Below the pieces are notes generated by a model. It did no database searches, was not told the origin of the DNA, and was given only the letters and a program-made list of their open reading frames with translations. Shown here piece after piece: positions 29,294-42,419 of a DNA stretch of 64,000 nt. The stretch is from Eledone cirrhosa (taxonomy: Eukaryota). Within the stretch, counting starts at the first letter, position 1. Each line of letters starts with the position of its first letter. The DNA is taken from contig OZ024741.1 of NCBI GenBank assembly GCA_964016885.1, positions 89,714,001-89,778,000 of the forward strand, in the 5' to 3' direction. The translations under genes were made by a program, and so were the position numbers.

Positions 29294-29962
29294 TTGTTTC
29301 TACTTTTGGCCCAAGGCCAGCAATTACCCAGTACATTACTGGTACTTTATTTTATCGACCCTGTAATGATGAAAGGCAAAGTTAACCTCGGCGGGATTTG
29401 AACTCAGATCATAAAGGGCCGTAACTCTATGCTGCAAAGCATGGCGTCGACCCTCTACCGATACTGCCAATCCACCGCCCTACCGTCAATAATAATAATG
29501 ATTTTTAAAATAGGGCACAAGGCCAGTAATTTGGAGGGAGTGAAATATCGATTGAATCGACCCCAGTGCGTCACTGGTACTTAATTTTATCGACCCCCGC
29601 AAGAATGAAAGGTAAAGTTAACCTTACTGGAATTTTAATTTAGAATGTAATTTACCGAAACGAAACATTACAATGCATTTCACCCGGCAATCAAATGATT
29701 CTGCCAATCCACCACCCGAACCTTAATCTAAATAACAAAAGCAATAATAAAAATAATGATTTCTATTTTAGGCACAAGGCCAGCAATTTGGGGGAAAGGG
29801 AAAGTCTATTAAATCGACCATAGTACATTACGGGTGATTTATTTTATTGATCCCGTAAGGAGGAAAGGCAAAGCTAACCTCGGCGGAATTTGAACTCAGA
29901 ACGTAAAGGACCGTAACTCTATGCCGTAAACATGTTGTCCGACGCTCTACCAATACTACCAA
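29294..29962 (-). mobile_element. Cluster of three tandem main-family SINEs
   Basis: Copies at about 29294-29480, 29500-29716 and 29758-29962, all in the same orientation. Confidence 0.85.
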
Positions 29963-30559
29963 TATGCTTCTAGCACTGAGAAGATAAAACGGAAAGGACA
30001 ATACAAAATAATTAAGTATACTTTTGTAGTAGTAGTAATAGTGGTAGTAATAGTAGTAGTAGTAGTAGTAGTAGGTGGGGTTTGTTGGTGTTAGCAGTGG
30101 TGTGAACTGCTAATTACGTATATGCAAGTTACCAAATAAAAAAAAATAAAAAAATAACCAGAAAAACAACCTTTTTTCATTTAAACAGGTTCTTCAAGGT
30201 ATTCCAAGATAGAGAATGAATTCATGAATATATATACCATTCAAACACACACATAGACAAACATACAGTCATATGTACACACACATATACACACATAAAT
30301 ACCATTCAAAATACAAACACGCACACACACACAGGCGCACACAGATACAGGCGCACACACATACAGGCGTACATTTAGCTCTTAGAGGCGCAAGTTCTTA
30401 CTTGAGGTTATAACACTCAAAATGTTTAGGACAATACTACAAAGCAGAACAACGTAATTTAATCATATATATGCTTCATAACGTGTTAAGAATTTCTTTC
30501 CATACAAACAGATATGTATATATTCAATTATGCAGTAAATGAAATAAAACCCAACAACG

Positions 30560-32861
30560 TATGTATGTATGTATGTATGTATGTATGTATGTATGTATGT
30601 ATGTATGTATGTATGTATGTATGTATGTATGTATGTATGTATGTATGTCAGGTCACCAGTTGGTGCTACTGGTAACATGTATCCCAGTATAACCTGTCCC
30701 ATGGTCGGGTCGTTGGCGACTAAACTGGCAACCCCACCAAGGTTTCTTGGTGAGGAGGGTGACTTTGGACATCCTGCAGGACTAAAAACAAAACCTGTCA
30801 AAGGGCAAAGGAGCTCTTAAGAGTCAATGGCCATCCAAAATCACCGGGAGAGATGACCCCTTAGCCTTTGTCAAGGCAGAATTCTAGGAGAAGGAAAACT
30901 CTGATGTAACACCTGCAACCTTGATGGTATCCAATGATGTTGACTTGTTCTTCTTTTTGGTAAATATCATCTTGGTTAAGAGAGTGAGACTGGCTTTGTG
31001 CAGTGCCTTTGCTCACTATAAAAGCTTCACGGCACAGGCATTGCTTTATATCTGGAGATCTCTCTGTACTTGTCGTCACATGGTACCATGGGCCCAGCAC
31101 TATGTGTCAGTAATTGTCACAAGTGTAGTGTTTGTACCAGAGTTTTCAAGTCGCTGGCTGGACTAAAAAGTCACACTCGTTCAGCGCATCAGTAGGGGTT
31201 CTCCTACATGGATATAAAGTAGTGGCCGTACTCGAAAACGAGTTGGCAGCCACCATGTATGTATGTATGTATGTATGTATGTATGTATGTATGTATGTAT
31301 GTATGTATGTATGTATGTATGTATGTATGTATGTATGTATGTATGTATGTATGTATATAACGGTCAGGTCACCAGTTGGTGCTACTGGTAACATGTATCC
31401 TAGTACAACTTGTCCCATGGCGACTAAACTGGCAACCCTACCAAGGTTTCTTGGTGAGGAGGGTGACTTTGGACATCCTGCAGGACTAAAACGAGTTGGC
31501 AACCACCATATAACGGCCATCCAAAAGTGTGTAAATATGTATGTAGATATGTATGTACATGCGCGGGGACATAGAAATAGTCGGGCTGGACACCCGATCG
31601 TGCCGTTAAACCACTGGGAGTAAAGGACCCCTAGCCTTTGTCGGGGCATTCTTTTAGGAGAAGGCAACTCAGGAAACTCGGATAACTCCGATATAAAACC
31701 TGCGGCTCAGTACTTAACAATGATGTTGATCTTTTCTTCGTTTCGGGTTATAGCTACTGTCGCTCAGAGAGTGGGATTGGCTCAGTGCACAGTCTTTCCT
31801 CACTTTAAAAAATATCTCCACGCACAGGCATTGCACGATAGAATTAATTAATTGTTTCTACTTTTAGGCACAAGGCCAGCAATTACCCAGTACATTACTG
31901 ATACTTTATTTTATCGACCCCTAAGGATGAAAGGCAAAGTTAACCTCGGCGGGATTTGAACTCAGACTGTAAAGGGACGTAACTATGCTAGAAAGCATGG
32001 CGTCCAATCCTCTACCGATACTGCCAATTAATTAATAATTATTAATAATGGTATATCATACAATGGCCATACTCGATAACGAGGGGGCAGCCACCATGTA
32101 TGTATGTATGTATGTATGTATGTATGTATGTATGTATGTATGTATGTATGTGTATGTGAGTATGCGTGTATGTACATGTATGTATGTATGTATGTATGTA
32201 TGTTATGTCAGGTCGCTCTCGAGTACTACTGGTAACATGTAACCCAGTACAACCTGTCTCATGGTCGGGTCGTCGGCGACTAAACCGGCAACCTCACCAA
32301 GCTTGCTTGGTGAGGAGGGTGATATTTGGACACCCTGCAGGATGAAATACAAGACCCGGCAAAGGGCGGAGTAACTCAACAGAGTCAACGGCCATCCAAA
32401 TAGTACTTTTTTTTTTTCCACCTGGGAGTGAAAGGCCCCCAGTTGTTGTCACAACACCTTTCTAGGAGAGAGAAACTCTGAAAATAAAACCTGCGGCTTC
32501 GGAAGCATCCGATGGTGTTGACCAGTTCTGCTTTTCGGGTAGTGTTTTCGATGCTTAGAGAGTGGGATTGGTCGAGTGCAAGTCCTTTCCCCACTTAAAA
32601 AAAACCTTCAAGTACAGGCATTGCTTGTTCAGGATATGTTACAGGTTCGTGTGGCTGGCCGTAGCCTAAAAGTGCACCAAACTCTATAATCTGACAAGCG
32701 ATTGCAGTACTCTTAGTAGAGTTTGCAGCCATCATGTATGTATGTATTATGTATGTATGTATATTTGTATGTATGTATGTATGTATGTATGTATGTATGT
32801 ATGTATGTATGTATGTATGTATGTATGTATGTATGTATGTATGTATGTATGTATGTATGTA

Positions 32862-32870
<9 letters not shown>
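30560..32870 (+). mobile_element. Array of four related non-coding elements (up to about 600 bp) separated by (ATGT)n; probable RTE-derived non-autonomous retroposons
   Basis: Copies 30646-31254, 31362-31507, 31565-32095 and 32207-32732 end in gcagccacc/gcaaccacc/gcagccatc. The motif ctaggagaaggaaaactctga resembles RTE 5' UTRs. More copies at 37500-37925 and 41420-41857. Confidence 0.65.
31852..32028 (-). mobile_element. Main-family SINE nested in an (ATGT)n-associated element
   Basis: Near-identical to 12035-12218, flanked by aattaatt on both sides. Confidence 0.85.
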
Positions 32871-32949
<79 letters not shown>

Positions 32950-34139
32950 TATGTATGTGAGTATGTACGTATGTACGTATGTATTTATGTATGTGCATCT
33001 ATGTATGTATGTGAAAACAAGACAGAAAGCGCGCGTGTACGTGTGTATGTGTGAGAGAGAGGGAGAGAGAGAGAGTGTGTGGGTGTGTGAGAGAGGGAGA
33101 GTGAGAGAGAGAGTGTGAGATAGATAGATAGATAGATAGAGAGAGAGAATCTGAGAGAAAGAGTGAGACACAGAGATAGGCATGGGAGAAATGGTTACAT
33201 AAAATATGTATTTGTATATATTTATATCCACACATATTGAATATATGTATATATAAGTATGTATATCTGTAGATATACATACTTATATATGTATATCTAC
33301 AGATATACACGCAATACATGCTCGAGCTCACTCGCACACACGCCCCCCCCCCCCCCCCCACACACATTATAACTACATAATATATCACTGCCTACGTTCA
33401 TAGCCTGAGTCGCACTGTCTCCAGTGAATACTTTTATCAACACAAACATATGTAATAGAATGTGTAAGTGTCGGTGTTTTCAACTACATATGTCTATGCG
33501 TGTGTCCTTATGGATGTGTGTGTCCATGCATATGTGTGAGCATGTTTATATATGTGAGCGCGTTTGAGGCTAGACGCTACTTGTAATTGCGTTCGTAGTA
33601 ATATTTAATTACCAACTCTTACACTTCCGAACCATACACACACACATATATATATATACACACATACACACATTCACAAACAAACATACGTATATACACC
33701 AGGGTTTATTTTAAGGACATTTTAGACCTGCCCAAATCTTTGGGACAATTGCCCTAACCCAGAATTTGATATTCTCTTAATCTGAGAAGCATCTGTAATA
33801 TTTTTAACATTTTATGTAGTTTAACCATCATTTACCATGGAGTTCATACAAAATGTAAATATAGGAATTCATACAAAATGTAAAAATACAGCTCAAAATT
33901 AGATTTAGAACTACACAAGTAGGGGTCAACTGCATGTTAAAATAGTCACTGAGACACGCATACATACACACATAGATACAGAAATTCACATATATACATT
34001 CATAGACATATAGATATATTTTTAAAAGAAAAGGACTTCTTTTCTACAAATTTCAGTTAGATTACGTAATGTAGCATTAACAAAGAAAAAATTAAATAAT
34101 GAAAAGGAAAGGGAAGGGAGAGCTAGCAGAATATATCAG

Positions 34140-34325
34140 CTGTAAAAGGATTACCGCAGAGAATAGCCAGCAACACCCGCTGCATCAGCCACCTACCTCA
34201 CATCCTTCTTACTGAGGCGGCACGCATTCTTCTCGATTTTGCGGAGTGAGACGGCAGTTCGAGGACCGTGTACTGTAGAGATCTCGACAGTGACCAGCAT
34301 GAAAAGGAAGCGGTCAGTCACCCAC
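34140..34325 (-). pseudogene. Degenerate CRE-like LINE C-terminal fragment
   Basis: RFLFMLVTVEISTVHGPRTA..WLMQRVLLAILCGN, homologous to 15280-15515. Confidence 0.65.
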
Positions 34326-34459
34326 CCCTACCTACCAGTATTTGACTATCTTCCTCTCATCCGCGTTGCGGACGGCAGAACAAGGGTTTGTGGCTGGAAT
34401 AGTAGTAAAATTTCTAGTATCAAGTTACAATGAGGGTATGAAAATATAAAGATATACAA

Positions 34460-34885
34460 TGGCCTCTAATTTAAACACAAGGGGGTGGGGTATAAATCGA
34501 TTACATGGACACTAGTACATTACTGGTACCTTATTGTATCGAATGATGAACGGTAAAGTTGACCTTGGCAGGATTTAAACTCAGAATGTAGAGTCGGAGC
34601 AGATATGTCAAAGCATTTCGTCCAACGCTCTAACAATTCTGTCAACCAACCGATAATATATATCAATATATAATCAGTGGATTGGCAGTATCGGTAGAGC
34701 GTCGGACAACATGCTTTATGGCATAGGGTTACACCCCTTTACGATCTGAGTTCAAATCCTGCCGAGATTAGCTTTGCTTTTCATCATTACGGGATCGATA
34801 AAATAAAGTACCAGTAATGCACTGGGGTTGTTTCATCGACTTACCCCTCCCCTCAAATAGTTGGCCTTGTGCCCTAATTAGAAGC
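34460..34885. mobile_element. Head-to-head pair of main-family SINEs
   Basis: 34460-34652 (-) and 34677-34885 (+), with A/B boxes and the shared core. Confidence 0.8.
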
Positions 34886-35026
34886 CAATATATAATCAGG
34901 GGTAACGATTAAATGGAAATATAATTAAGAACAGAATAAAATGAAATTAATGAGTATGTTTATATATTTTGACACATCCCATCCGCATACGTTACAAACA
35001 TTTGCGAGCGCACACAAATATGCATA

Positions 35027-35074
<48 letters not shown>

Positions 35075-35184
35075 GAGGTTATATTTAATTTGTTGGGATA
35101 CAACAAGCAAAATATTTTTATAACTTATATAAAGCACTCAACAAATATATTGACAAATGGAAACTATATTTATAAAACCATATT

Positions 35185-35250
35185 TATTTCATTATACATA
35201 TTTCAAGGGCAACCAGAGCAAACTATGGTGCGCTTTCATCAGATAAAATA
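35185..35250 (-). ncRNA. Type I hammerhead motif (family A, left arm)
   Basis: tattttat-CTGATGA-aagcgcacca..tggttgccctt-GAAA-tatgta-TA-atgaaata. Confidence 0.8.
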
Positions 35251-35403
35251 TAATATAGGTTAGTTTTATAAATAAATATTGACATACCCTTAAAAAAAGA
35301 CAACCTTAACGGTTGGAGCTTCCTGGATAGCTATCCAGGAAGCTCCAACCGTTAAGGTTGTTTTTTTCCGGGTATGTCAATATTTATTTATAAAACAAAT
35401 GTG

Positions 35404-35469
35404 TATTTTATCTGATGAAAGCGCACCATAATTTGCCTTGGTTGCCCTTGAAATATATATAATAAAATA
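35404..35469 (+). ncRNA. Type I hammerhead motif (family A, right arm)
   Basis: tattttat-CTGATGA-aagcgcacca..tggttgccctt-GAAA-tatata-TA-ataaaata. Perfect 8-bp stem I, palindromic stem III. Confidence 0.85.
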
Positions 35470-35684
35470 AATATGGTTTTATAAATATAGTTTCCATTTG
35501 TCAATGGGGGGAGGGGGGGGGGGACCTAAATATAGAATGCTATCATTTAATTTTTATAATGAATAAATACATTTTCGAAAAATACATAAGTGGAAACAAA
35601 ACAGTGCAATCAAATTTTTGTGGAAAAATATCTTATCTTCTCCAATAAAAAATATGTATTTTGCGAAATCCAGAGACTTTCAAT

Positions 35685-36136
35685 AATGACCAGAAGTCGA
35701 CCCTAAATATTACTAATAGCTCTAGGAAAGCCATGAACGACACCACATCTTTTTAACTTTGATTTTAAAAGTAGGTTTATAATTATCAATTTGTGTAGCT
35801 GTCTCGGTGGCCTAGTTGGAGGAATCATAGACGATGGTGATCCCGGTTTGAAGTTCGATCCCGGTCGGGAGTAGGGTTCCCTGTAATCCTTTTCAGTTTT
35901 TTTTCTATGGGCTGTAAAATAAAAACTGAAAAAGGTTACATTTACCTCTTGACCAGGATTGAACCCACGACCAGGATCTCCACCGCCTCTAGTACCTACC
36001 GCTAGGCCACAGAGACAACTATGAAAATCCTATGAAAATTCCTTCTTTATAAACCTACTTTCAAAATTTTCAAAACAAAGTGTTCATGTCTTTCTTAATG
36101 TTATTGCTCCTACTTAAGGTCGACTTCTAAGTCATT
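35685..36136. repeat. Diverged inverted repeat with two convergent tRNA-like Pol III units
   Basis: + unit 35801-35873 (TGGCCTAGTTGG, GTTCGATCC, T run at about 35897) and - unit 35944-36016 (TGGCCTAGCGG, GGTTCAATCC, T runs). Outer arms aatgac..agaagtcgacc / ggtcgacttct..gtcatt. Confidence 0.7.
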
Positions 36137-36365
36137 CGGGTGTTCCATAAACTACATCCTCGTTTTGTTTCACATCTATCTAGACTATATTTTAACCTGT
36201 AACTCATGTTTCATTTCTGTTGTACCTCATTCCCCACCCCCCTCTCTCTCTCCATCTCTCCGTGATATTTGAATCTACTATGATTTGGGCTTACTTTATT
36301 CATATATATATATGTTTTTGCAGATTCAAACTTACAATGAATGGCATTATATATATCTATATATA

Positions 36366-37196
36366 CAGTGGTGGACTAGGTCTAAAAATATTGGTTTTGC
36401 GAAATCCAGAGACTTTCAATAATGACCTTTGCTCTTTCACACTCACTGTATGTATGTATTTATGTATGTGCATCTATGTATGAATGTGAAAACAAGACAG
36501 AAAGAAAGAGTGCGCGCGCCTGTATGTGTGTATGTGTTTGAGAGAGAGAGACATACACGCAATACATGCTCGAGCTCACTCGCACACATGCACAAACACA
36601 CACATATATATATGTATGGGGGGGGGGTATATGTGTGTGTATACATCACCTTCACCACTAATTGATTTGACAGATGTCTTTAAACCATTGATACCAAATA
36701 TTATTTGGTCAGTAGTTCAAATCCCGTCGAGGTTAACTTTGCCTTTCATCCTTACGGGGTCGATAAAATAAAGTACCAGTAATGCACTGAGATAATTGCT
36801 GGCCTTGTGCCAAAAGTAGAAAGAATTATTTGGTCAGTAGTTCGTGTGTAAGTATATATATCCTTGTGTGTCTGTGTCTATATATGTATGTTTGCATGCA
36901 TGAATGAATACACAAAGCTTTAGATTTAGTAGAATGTAGAACCACTGGTTCCAGCTATTTGAAATATGGATATTTTGGTTTCTAGTAATTCCCCGTGGAA
37001 TTGGTTGACCAAATGCTTTACTTAATTGTTTTATTTATTTATTTTTTAATTTTATTCTTTCTCTTAGATTTCAGATATTTTTTGAAAGCAAAGCATTGGT
37101 CTCTAAAATACTACAGTGGGCCCTGCAATGCTACCGTGGCCCCCCTGAGGCCCACTTGCCATTGGGCAACCTGACAACCTGGCCAGTCCGCCACTG
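36366..37196. mobile_element. MITE-like element with CAGTGG(C/T)GGACT terminal inverted repeats in a TA-repeat site
   Basis: Left end cagtggtggactag, right end ccagtccgccactg, TA repeats on both sides. Contains a partial SINE at 36713-36826. Confidence 0.55.
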
Positions 37197-38349
37197 TATA
37201 TATATATATATAAAATGAAGAATTAGAAATAGAAGTTAGGAATATCCATCATCAGTTGTCTACGAGGCATCATAGGTATACCTCCGTCTAGGGCGATACA
37301 ATAACTAAAATAAGTTATTGGGATAATAAGAGTTGGTGGAGAAAGAGAAAGACATGTAAACAGACACAAATGGTGAGGCAACGTAAAGAGATGTCGGCAA
37401 CTCGATGCTGAGTAATTCCATCGCTTGATATTTAAGCATGAGCATCAAGGACGTGGCTTCCTAGTCCTGCTAGGGACCCGCCTATAGCCATCAATACCAT
37501 GCATCGCAAATGAATGTCACATATCAAGCGATGCCTGTGCTTGAAGCTTTTTTAAGTGAGGAAAGGCTTTGCACTGGTCTAATCTTAATCTCTGAAAATC
37601 GAATGCATTTACCCAAAAAGAACTGGTCTCCATCATTGGATGCAAATGAAGTTGCAGGTTTTATATCAGGGTGACCTTCTCCTAGAGAGATGTCTTAATG
37701 AAGACTAGGAGTCACTCGCTCCACAAAAAAAAAAGAAAAGAAATACCGTTTCAGCACTACTGGTAACATGTAACCCAGTACAACTTGTGCATGGTCGGGT
37801 CGTCGGCGTCTAAACCGACAACTACACCAAGCTTGCTTTGTGAGGAGGGTGAATTTGGACAACCTGCAAGATGAAAAACAAAACCTGTCAAAGGGCGGAG
37901 GAACTCAAGAGAGTTAACGGCCATCCATATATATATATATATATGTGGGGGGGGGGTATGTGTGTACGAGAGCCTGAATGTATCTTCTCAGGCACGCGCG
38001 CACACTCACACACACACACGTATATATTAGCATCGTGCCTGCCAAAATTAACACTAATTTTAATAAAAAAAACTTCCAGTAAAAAGTTCCATATAAAGAT
38101 GCTTAAATGCACGAATTTTCCTCAGTACACTTCATTGATGGTGTAGCACTTTTGAAGATAGTCAATAAGCCCAACTAAATTATAAAAAAATGCACACAAC
38201 CACAAGCACGCTCTGTGAGTGTGTGTACGTTTATTACACTAATTATATACCGCATGAGTGTCACAACATTTATACCTCTATCTATATTGTAACTGATGAA
38301 ATCTAACTAGATTCAAATCAGGATAGTTCAGTTGTTAGACTTACGTGTT

Positions 38350-39235
38350 TAAGTGTTATCCACTGGTGAGGGGATAGTTTCAGCGGAGAAAGAGAGCTTG
38401 AGCGAGTATTTAGGGGAAAATAAAGAAAAATTGTTAGAGGAGATCATAAAAGAAGGAATATATGATGGAAAGGGAGACTCACAAAAAAAAAAAAGAAAGT
38501 CAAAATAGCCATAGAACAGAAAGCCAGATTTGAAACGAAACCATTTCACTCATACTATGAAGTAAACACAAGGGCTGTCAGAAATGATAATGACACTTGG
38601 ACATGAGTACGAAGAGGTCACTTGAAAAAAAAGAGACAGAGAGTTTGATTATGGCAGTGCAGGACCAGGCAATAAGAACTAATTAGATCAAAGTTAATGT
38701 GGACAAGGTGATCACATCACCGCTGTGTAAGATGTGTGGGAAGGTAAATGAGATAATTAACCATATTGTCTCAGAATGTTTACAATTAGCTCAGAATGAT
38801 TACAAAACTTAAAGACATGATAAAGTGGCAGCAGTAATACATTGGCGATTATGTAAACAGGCTGGGGTTCAACTGTAATGGAAAATGGTATGTGGGATAT
38901 TGCAATATAGATCAAAACAAAGATTGATCACAACAAACCAGACATATTACTGATAGTCAAGAAGGAAAGGAAATGTTTTATAATAGATGTGGCCCTTTTG
39001 ACACGAGAATAAAAGATAAAGAAAATAAAATAAAAACTGCTACAACGATCTCAAATATGAAGTTTTGAAAGTATGGAGGGGTGAAGTAAATAAGGTAATA
39101 TTGGTACCAATAATTATAGGAGCCCTGGGATATGTAACAGACAATGTTATAAAAATATTGCAACAAATTGGATTTGATCTTGGCTCTGCCAGAATAATTA
39201 GAAAAATTATGGATACTACCTAGAAGAGTAAAAAG
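38350..39235 (+). pseudogene. R4/Dong-like non-LTR retrotransposon C-terminus (CCHC knuckle plus restriction-like endonuclease)
   Basis: Manual translation: AVQDQAIRTN..LCKMCGKVNEIINHIVSECLQLAQNDYK..RHDKVAAVIHW..WD..NKPDILL..CFIIDVA..LVPIIIGALG. Many stops. Confidence 0.85.
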
Positions 39236-39340
39236 CAAATCTTATCATCTTAAGCACCGAGATGAAGCCTGATGGTAAGAAAATAATACCCGTAGTTAAC
39301 ATCGACATTGTGAAATGATGAAAATAACATTTAATAATAA

Positions 39341-39545
39341 TTGTTTTACTTTAGATACAAGGCCAGCAATTTGAAGGGGAGGGGAAAGTCGATTAAATCG
39401 ACCCCAGTGCATTACTGGTACTTTATTTTATCGACCACCGTAAGGATGAAAGACAAAGTTAACCTCGTAACTCAGATCGTAAAAGGCCGTAACTCCGTGC
39501 CATAAAGCATGTTGTTCGACGCTCCACCGATACTGTGAATCCACT
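39341..39545 (-). mobile_element. tRNA-derived SINE (main family)
   Basis: Shared core and tail; a further partial copy follows at about 39573-39690. Confidence 0.8.
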
Positions 39546-40243
39546 AATAATAATAATCACAACAATAATAATGGTTTCTAATTTAGGTATAAGGCCAGCC
39601 AGGTAGGGACAGTCAATTACATCGAGCCCAGAACTTGACCAGTACTTATTTTATCGAACCCAGAAAGATGATACCCAAATTATACCTTAGCAGCATTAAT
39701 GGAACAAAAACAGAAAAAAAAAGCCAAAATAACAAAAGTATCGAAAATAAAAGCATTGCACCTTCAGAAATTGAAGAAGTGACCCTAGACCCTAATTTAG
39801 CCCGCATATATTGTCTCTCGCAGGAATGGTACCAGGAATATAGACATAAACTTTGTTAAAATTGATAAACTTTTTATAATTAGTATAAAATAAAAATAAA
39901 ATAAAAAAACTAAACAAAAATACACAAAAATACACAAAAATACAAGCTATTCTGAAAAGTACAACAACCTGATATAACCTTTTGAAATACTAATTCGAAG
40001 AAATCAAGCAGAGATTATAACAAAATGACATTAAATGAAGGCAAGAATTTCATAGTTATCTAAGAATACGGAATACAGCTCTTCTACTTCATCAGTAGTA
40101 GTCATCTGAATTTACTAAATGTCAACAAAACGCTCATATAACGTTTATTCGTCATTAAACTTATTAAAGTGTGAAAATGTCTACTATTTCATTAATCCAG
40201 TTATGCGAGCATCGCTTCACTCAATAACAACCTCTATTTCAAC

Positions 40244-40305
<62 letters not shown>

Positions 40306-40863
40306 GTAAAAAGTAAACAGAAATAACAAAGCAAACAGTACAGTACAATGAAGAAATATATTAGTTTATCGCTTGATATATTTGGAAAAGGGTCTTTACA
40401 TTTCGGATACTAGTACTTCATCGAAAGATAGGATGAGAAATAAAGATGAAATAGAAAGATAGAGAGTGGGAAGAGAGAAAGGAACGGAACATTTTTTTGA
40501 GAAAAAGCACTTGATTCAGAATAAAGACATACATGGACCAATATGAAGTATACTTATGTATATATAGACATTCATTTAGTTTCGCTATGAGTATTTTAAG
40601 GTGTGTTCATTTCACAGCTATCTCGGTATCGGTGGAAGAGCAGTTTTTTTAAAGGATTCGTTAATCCTCGCCAACATTCGCAGACTTACGCTGAGATACT
40701 AATGGATGAAAAACTTTAAAGTCTGGTAGATTCTGTAAACAAACTATTCTTTTTGAAAGCTAACTGGCATATACTACAAGCTTGACTGGCTAATCTTTCA
40801 TATCTTGACACCACAATGTAGGTAAGCGCGTGTTGACGAAAATTAAACCCTGGCCCCACATGG

Positions 40864-40953
40864 TTATGAAAGTCTTCTATGGATTTCTGTCCCTAAAAAA
40901 CAGATCACTGAACGTTGCTCTTCTTCAGAGTAGACAGAAACCCGAGTGACCAT
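40864..40953 (-). pseudogene. mariner transposase N-terminal scrap
   Basis: MVTRVSVYSEEEQRSVICFL..EIHRRLS resembles the mariner N-terminus (EEQRSVIRFL..EIHRRL). Confidence 0.6.
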
Positions 40954-41075
40954 GTTTAAACACATTAGTAAGAACATAGTCGACTTTCTAAGAGACAGTT
41001 CACTTCTCGCCATATGTGCGCAAATAAATGTTCCATATGTATACATACATACATTTACACAAACACACACACACG

Positions 41076-41208
<133 letters not shown>

Positions 41209-41854
41209 GCACACTCACACTTGTATATATGTATACATATAAATATATGCATGAGTGTATATACATACACACACATGCACACACACATATATACTGGATG
41301 TATGTATGTATATGTGCATTGTATGTATGTATATATATATATATATATATATATGAGAAATAAAAGATGAAATAGAAAGATAGAGAGTGGGAAGAGAAAG
41401 GAACGGAAGGTTTTTTTTACCGGGAGAGATGACGCCTTAGCCTTTGCTCGGGAGAGATGACCCCTTAGCCTTTGTCAAGGCAGAATTCTAGGAGAAGGAA
41501 AACTCTGATATAACACCTGCAACCCTGATGTTATCCAATGATGTTGACTTGTTCTTCTTTTTGGTAAATATCATCTTGGTTAAGAGAGTGGGACTGGCTT
41601 TGTGCAGTGCCTTTGCTCACTATAAAAGCTTCACGGCACAGGCATTGCTTTATATCTGGAGATCTCTCTGCACTTGTCGTCACATGGTACCATGGGCCCA
41701 GCACTATGTGTCAATAATTGTCACAAGTGTAGTGTTTGTACCAGAGTTTTCAAGTCGCAGGCTGGACTAAAAAGTCACACACGTTCAGCGCATCGGTAAG
41801 GGTTCTCCTACATGGATATAAAGTAGTGGCCGTACTCGAAAACGAGTTGGCAGC

Positions 41855-41896
<42 letters not shown>

Positions 41897-42122
41897 CATA
41901 TATATACATCATATATATATACATACACATATATATATATATACTTACATTTACATATGACGGACCCAGCATATTTATCAATGCCAAGACCATATATATT
42001 GGAAAATGTGTGAGATCCTTGGTACAGTTAGCTATATTTGAAAAAAAGGAAAAGGATGACTTCACTTGTAGTGTTAAAAAAGTTTATGATTTAATGTTAT
42101 AATATTATAATATTATGAGTTG

Positions 42123-42189
<67 letters not shown>

Positions 42190-42273
42190 TAAGTTATTCC
42201 GGGTTGAATCGGAGGTAACCACAGTAAGTAAGGTACTCAATACATAGCAGAGTATAAAAGTTTTAATATAGAT

Positions 42274-42326
42274 GAGATTCTACAGGACTAGAACTGTTTC
42301 ATTCTTTAGAAATCATCAGGAATCCC
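42274..42326 (-). ncRNA. Complete type I hammerhead motif (family B)
   Basis: gggattc-CTGATGA-tttctaaagaat-GAAA-cag-ttctagtc-ctg-TA-gaatctc. Stem I is 7 bp, triplet GUA. The mirror copy on + (42326-42371) lacks a matching stem I 5' strand. Confidence 0.8.
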
Positions 42327-42372
42327 TGATGATTTCTAAAGAATGAAACAGTTCTAGTCCTGTAGAATCTCA

Positions 42373-42419
<47 letters not shown>

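Noticed and set aside
35801-35873. Functional tRNA gene
   Set aside because: A and B boxes are present, but I could not form a clean cloverleaf or anticodon arm.
38289-38330. CTGATGA-aatcta/tagatt-CAAA hammerhead
   Set aside because: G12 is missing and there is no stem I; at best a decayed copy.
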